6,095 nt of DNA from a virus (lineage: Duplodnaviria > Heunggongvirae > Uroviricota > Caudoviricetes): positions 1 to 6,095 of the IMG/VR virus record IMGVR_UViG_2744054675_000004. One strand, given 5' to 3'. Both the position numbers and the translations under genes were made by a program. Below, piece after piece: positions 4,856 through 6,095 of the stretch. Positions within the stretch are counted from its first letter, which is position 1. Every line of letters starts with the position of its first letter. Below the pieces are notes generated by a model. That model was not told the DNA's origin. It did no database searches and was given only the letters and a program-made list of their open reading frames with translations.

Positions 4856-6095
4856 ATGACGGTCTCAACCGAAGTTGACCACAACGAATACACTGGTAAC
4901 GGAGCTACGACATCATTTCCGTATACCTTCCGTATTTTCAAAAAAACCGACCTGGTTGTTCAGGTGTCTGACCTGAACGGGAACGTAACAGAATTGGTTC
5001 TGGATACCGGTTATAAGGTAACTGGAGCGGGCACTTATAGTGGCGGTGAAGTGGTTCTCCCGTCGCCGCTTGCTGCTGGCTGGCGAATTACGATAGAGCG
5101 TGTGCTTGATGTGGTGCAGGAGACTGATCTTCGCAATCAGGGAAAATTTTTCCCCGAAGTTCATGAAGATGCATTTGACTACCTGACGATGCTGATCCAG
5201 CGATGTTTTGGGTGGTTCAGACGTGCATTGATGAAACCATCTTTGCTTGCAAAATATTACGATGCAAAGCAAAACAAAATTTCTAACCTTGCAGATCCAT
5301 CATTTGAGCAGGACGCTGTAAATAATCGCTCAATGCGTAATTATGTCGATGCTGCAATCGCCGGGGTTGTTGGTGGTTTTGGTTGGTTTATACCGTCAGG
5401 AAGCGGGGCAAGACAACGAACATTTCAAAGCAAAATGAGGGATATAATTTCTCCTTGTGATTACGAAGATAATATTTTTATGATTAAGGAGTTGATATCC
5501 AAAGGCAAAAATGCCGCTGTTTTTAACTCATATTATACTTTTGTTATTACTGTTGGCGAATGGGGTGATTACCCTACACTCAAAGATGCAATCATTGCAG
5601 CCCAGTCAATGAGGCCTATGTGGGATGGTGGTAATGCTTTCTGCGAAATAAGAATTAAGACCGGGCATATTATCAACTATCAAATTGAATTCAGTTCAGG
5701 TGTTGATTTGTCTTGGATTAAAATAACATCAGAAGACTCAGTGGTTTTCTCTGACACTCGTTTGTTTACTAAAATCGTTAGAACGTATTACGAATACAAG
5801 TATTTATTTTACATTTGCGATGCAGCAAAAAGTCCTGTATTTGCTATTCAGATCGAAGAAAATAGAGATGATAGCGATGTTTGTGCATTTATTGTAACTC
5901 AAAAAGCTGAACTTAATTTCTATCCGTATTCAGGTGCTCGAAAGTTCTACGTTGGAATTCATGGTAGTTTTGGTGCAAAAATTAGTGCATATCATACCGG
6001 ATGTGCTCCTGATGAGGAAAGTGTTGCTGCATATATGCCAGAAGGGTATTACGTATGTGATTTTTCTTATAGCAGATACTCTTCCCTGCAACTGG
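4856..6095 (+). CDS. Tailspike / tail fiber protein, 5' part (runs off the window)
   Basis: ATG at 4856 with GGAG 7 nt upstream; open to the window end (absent from the track because there is no stop). The N-terminus (EYTGNGATTSFPYTFRIFKKTDLVVQV ... QNKISNLADPSFEQDAVNNRSMRNYVDAAIAG) resembles the T7 gp17-type tail-fiber N-terminal particle-binding domain from memory. The downstream AT-rich part contains GDYPTLKDAI, reminiscent of the P22 tailspike motif SDYPTLQDA at the start of its beta-helix. Confidence 0.8.
   Translation, partial: MTVSTEVDHNEYTGNGATTSFPYTFRIFKKTDLVVQVSDLNGNVTELVLDTGYKVTGAGTYSGGEVVLPSPLAAGWRITIERVLDVVQETDLRNQGKFFPEVHEDAFDYLTMLIQRCFGWFRRALMKPSLLAKYYDAKQNKISNLADPSFEQDAVNNRSMRNYVDAAIAGVVGGFGWFIPSGSGARQRTFQSKMRDIISPCDYEDNIFMIKELISKGKNAAVFNSYYTFVITVGEWGDYPTLKDAIIAAQSMRPMWDGGNAFCEIRIKTGHIINYQIEFSSGVDLSWIKITSEDSVVFSDTRLFTKIVRTYYEYKYLFYICDAAKSPVFAIQIEENRDDSDVCAFIVTQKAELNFYPYSGARKFYVGIHGSFGAKISAYHTGCAPDEESVAAYMPEGYYVCDFSYSRYSSLQL

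Noticed and set aside
4913-5272. 119-aa minus-strand track ORF
   Set aside because: It is antisense within the tailspike N-terminal domain coding region, which has clear family resemblance on the plus strand.
1-6095. CRISPR arrays, insertion sequences, integrase or att sites
   Set aside because: No regularly spaced direct repeats, no transposase or integrase-like ORFs, and no terminal inverted repeats typical of IS elements were seen; the only large repeat is the gene-internal inverted pair of antirepressor 3' ends.

Overview
The window reads as the immunity-I (immI)-to-tailspike segment of a P22-like enterobacterial prophage, expanded by extra modules. Left to right: a 3'-truncated Mnt-like ribbon-helix-helix repressor gene (-), a divergent control region with CAC(C/G)GTG palindromes, an Arc-like small repressor gene (+), and a 312-aa Ant-type antirepressor gene (+). 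Then comes a roughly 1-kb AT-rich cargo segment on the minus strand: a 55-aa basic protein and a 146-aa acidic protein with their own promoter and terminator, plus a possible small secreted peptide. The cargo is bracketed by inverted, ~95% identical ~250-bp repeats that are the shared 3' ends of the first antirepressor gene and of a second, Bro-N-type antirepressor gene (-). Further right are a structured ~400-bp intergenic region, a 242-aa membrane-anchored protein with tandem CxxC zinc-ribbon repeats (+), a bidirectional terminator, an 85-aa stand-alone homolog of the antirepressor C-terminal module (-) sitting behind a near-consensus LexA box, and the 5' part of a tailspike gene (+, runs off the window). 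A palindrome TTACC-N5-GGTAA recurs four times in intergenic regions. No rRNA, tRNA, CRISPR array or transposase was seen. All calls are from manual reading and recalled family signatures; no database search was run.
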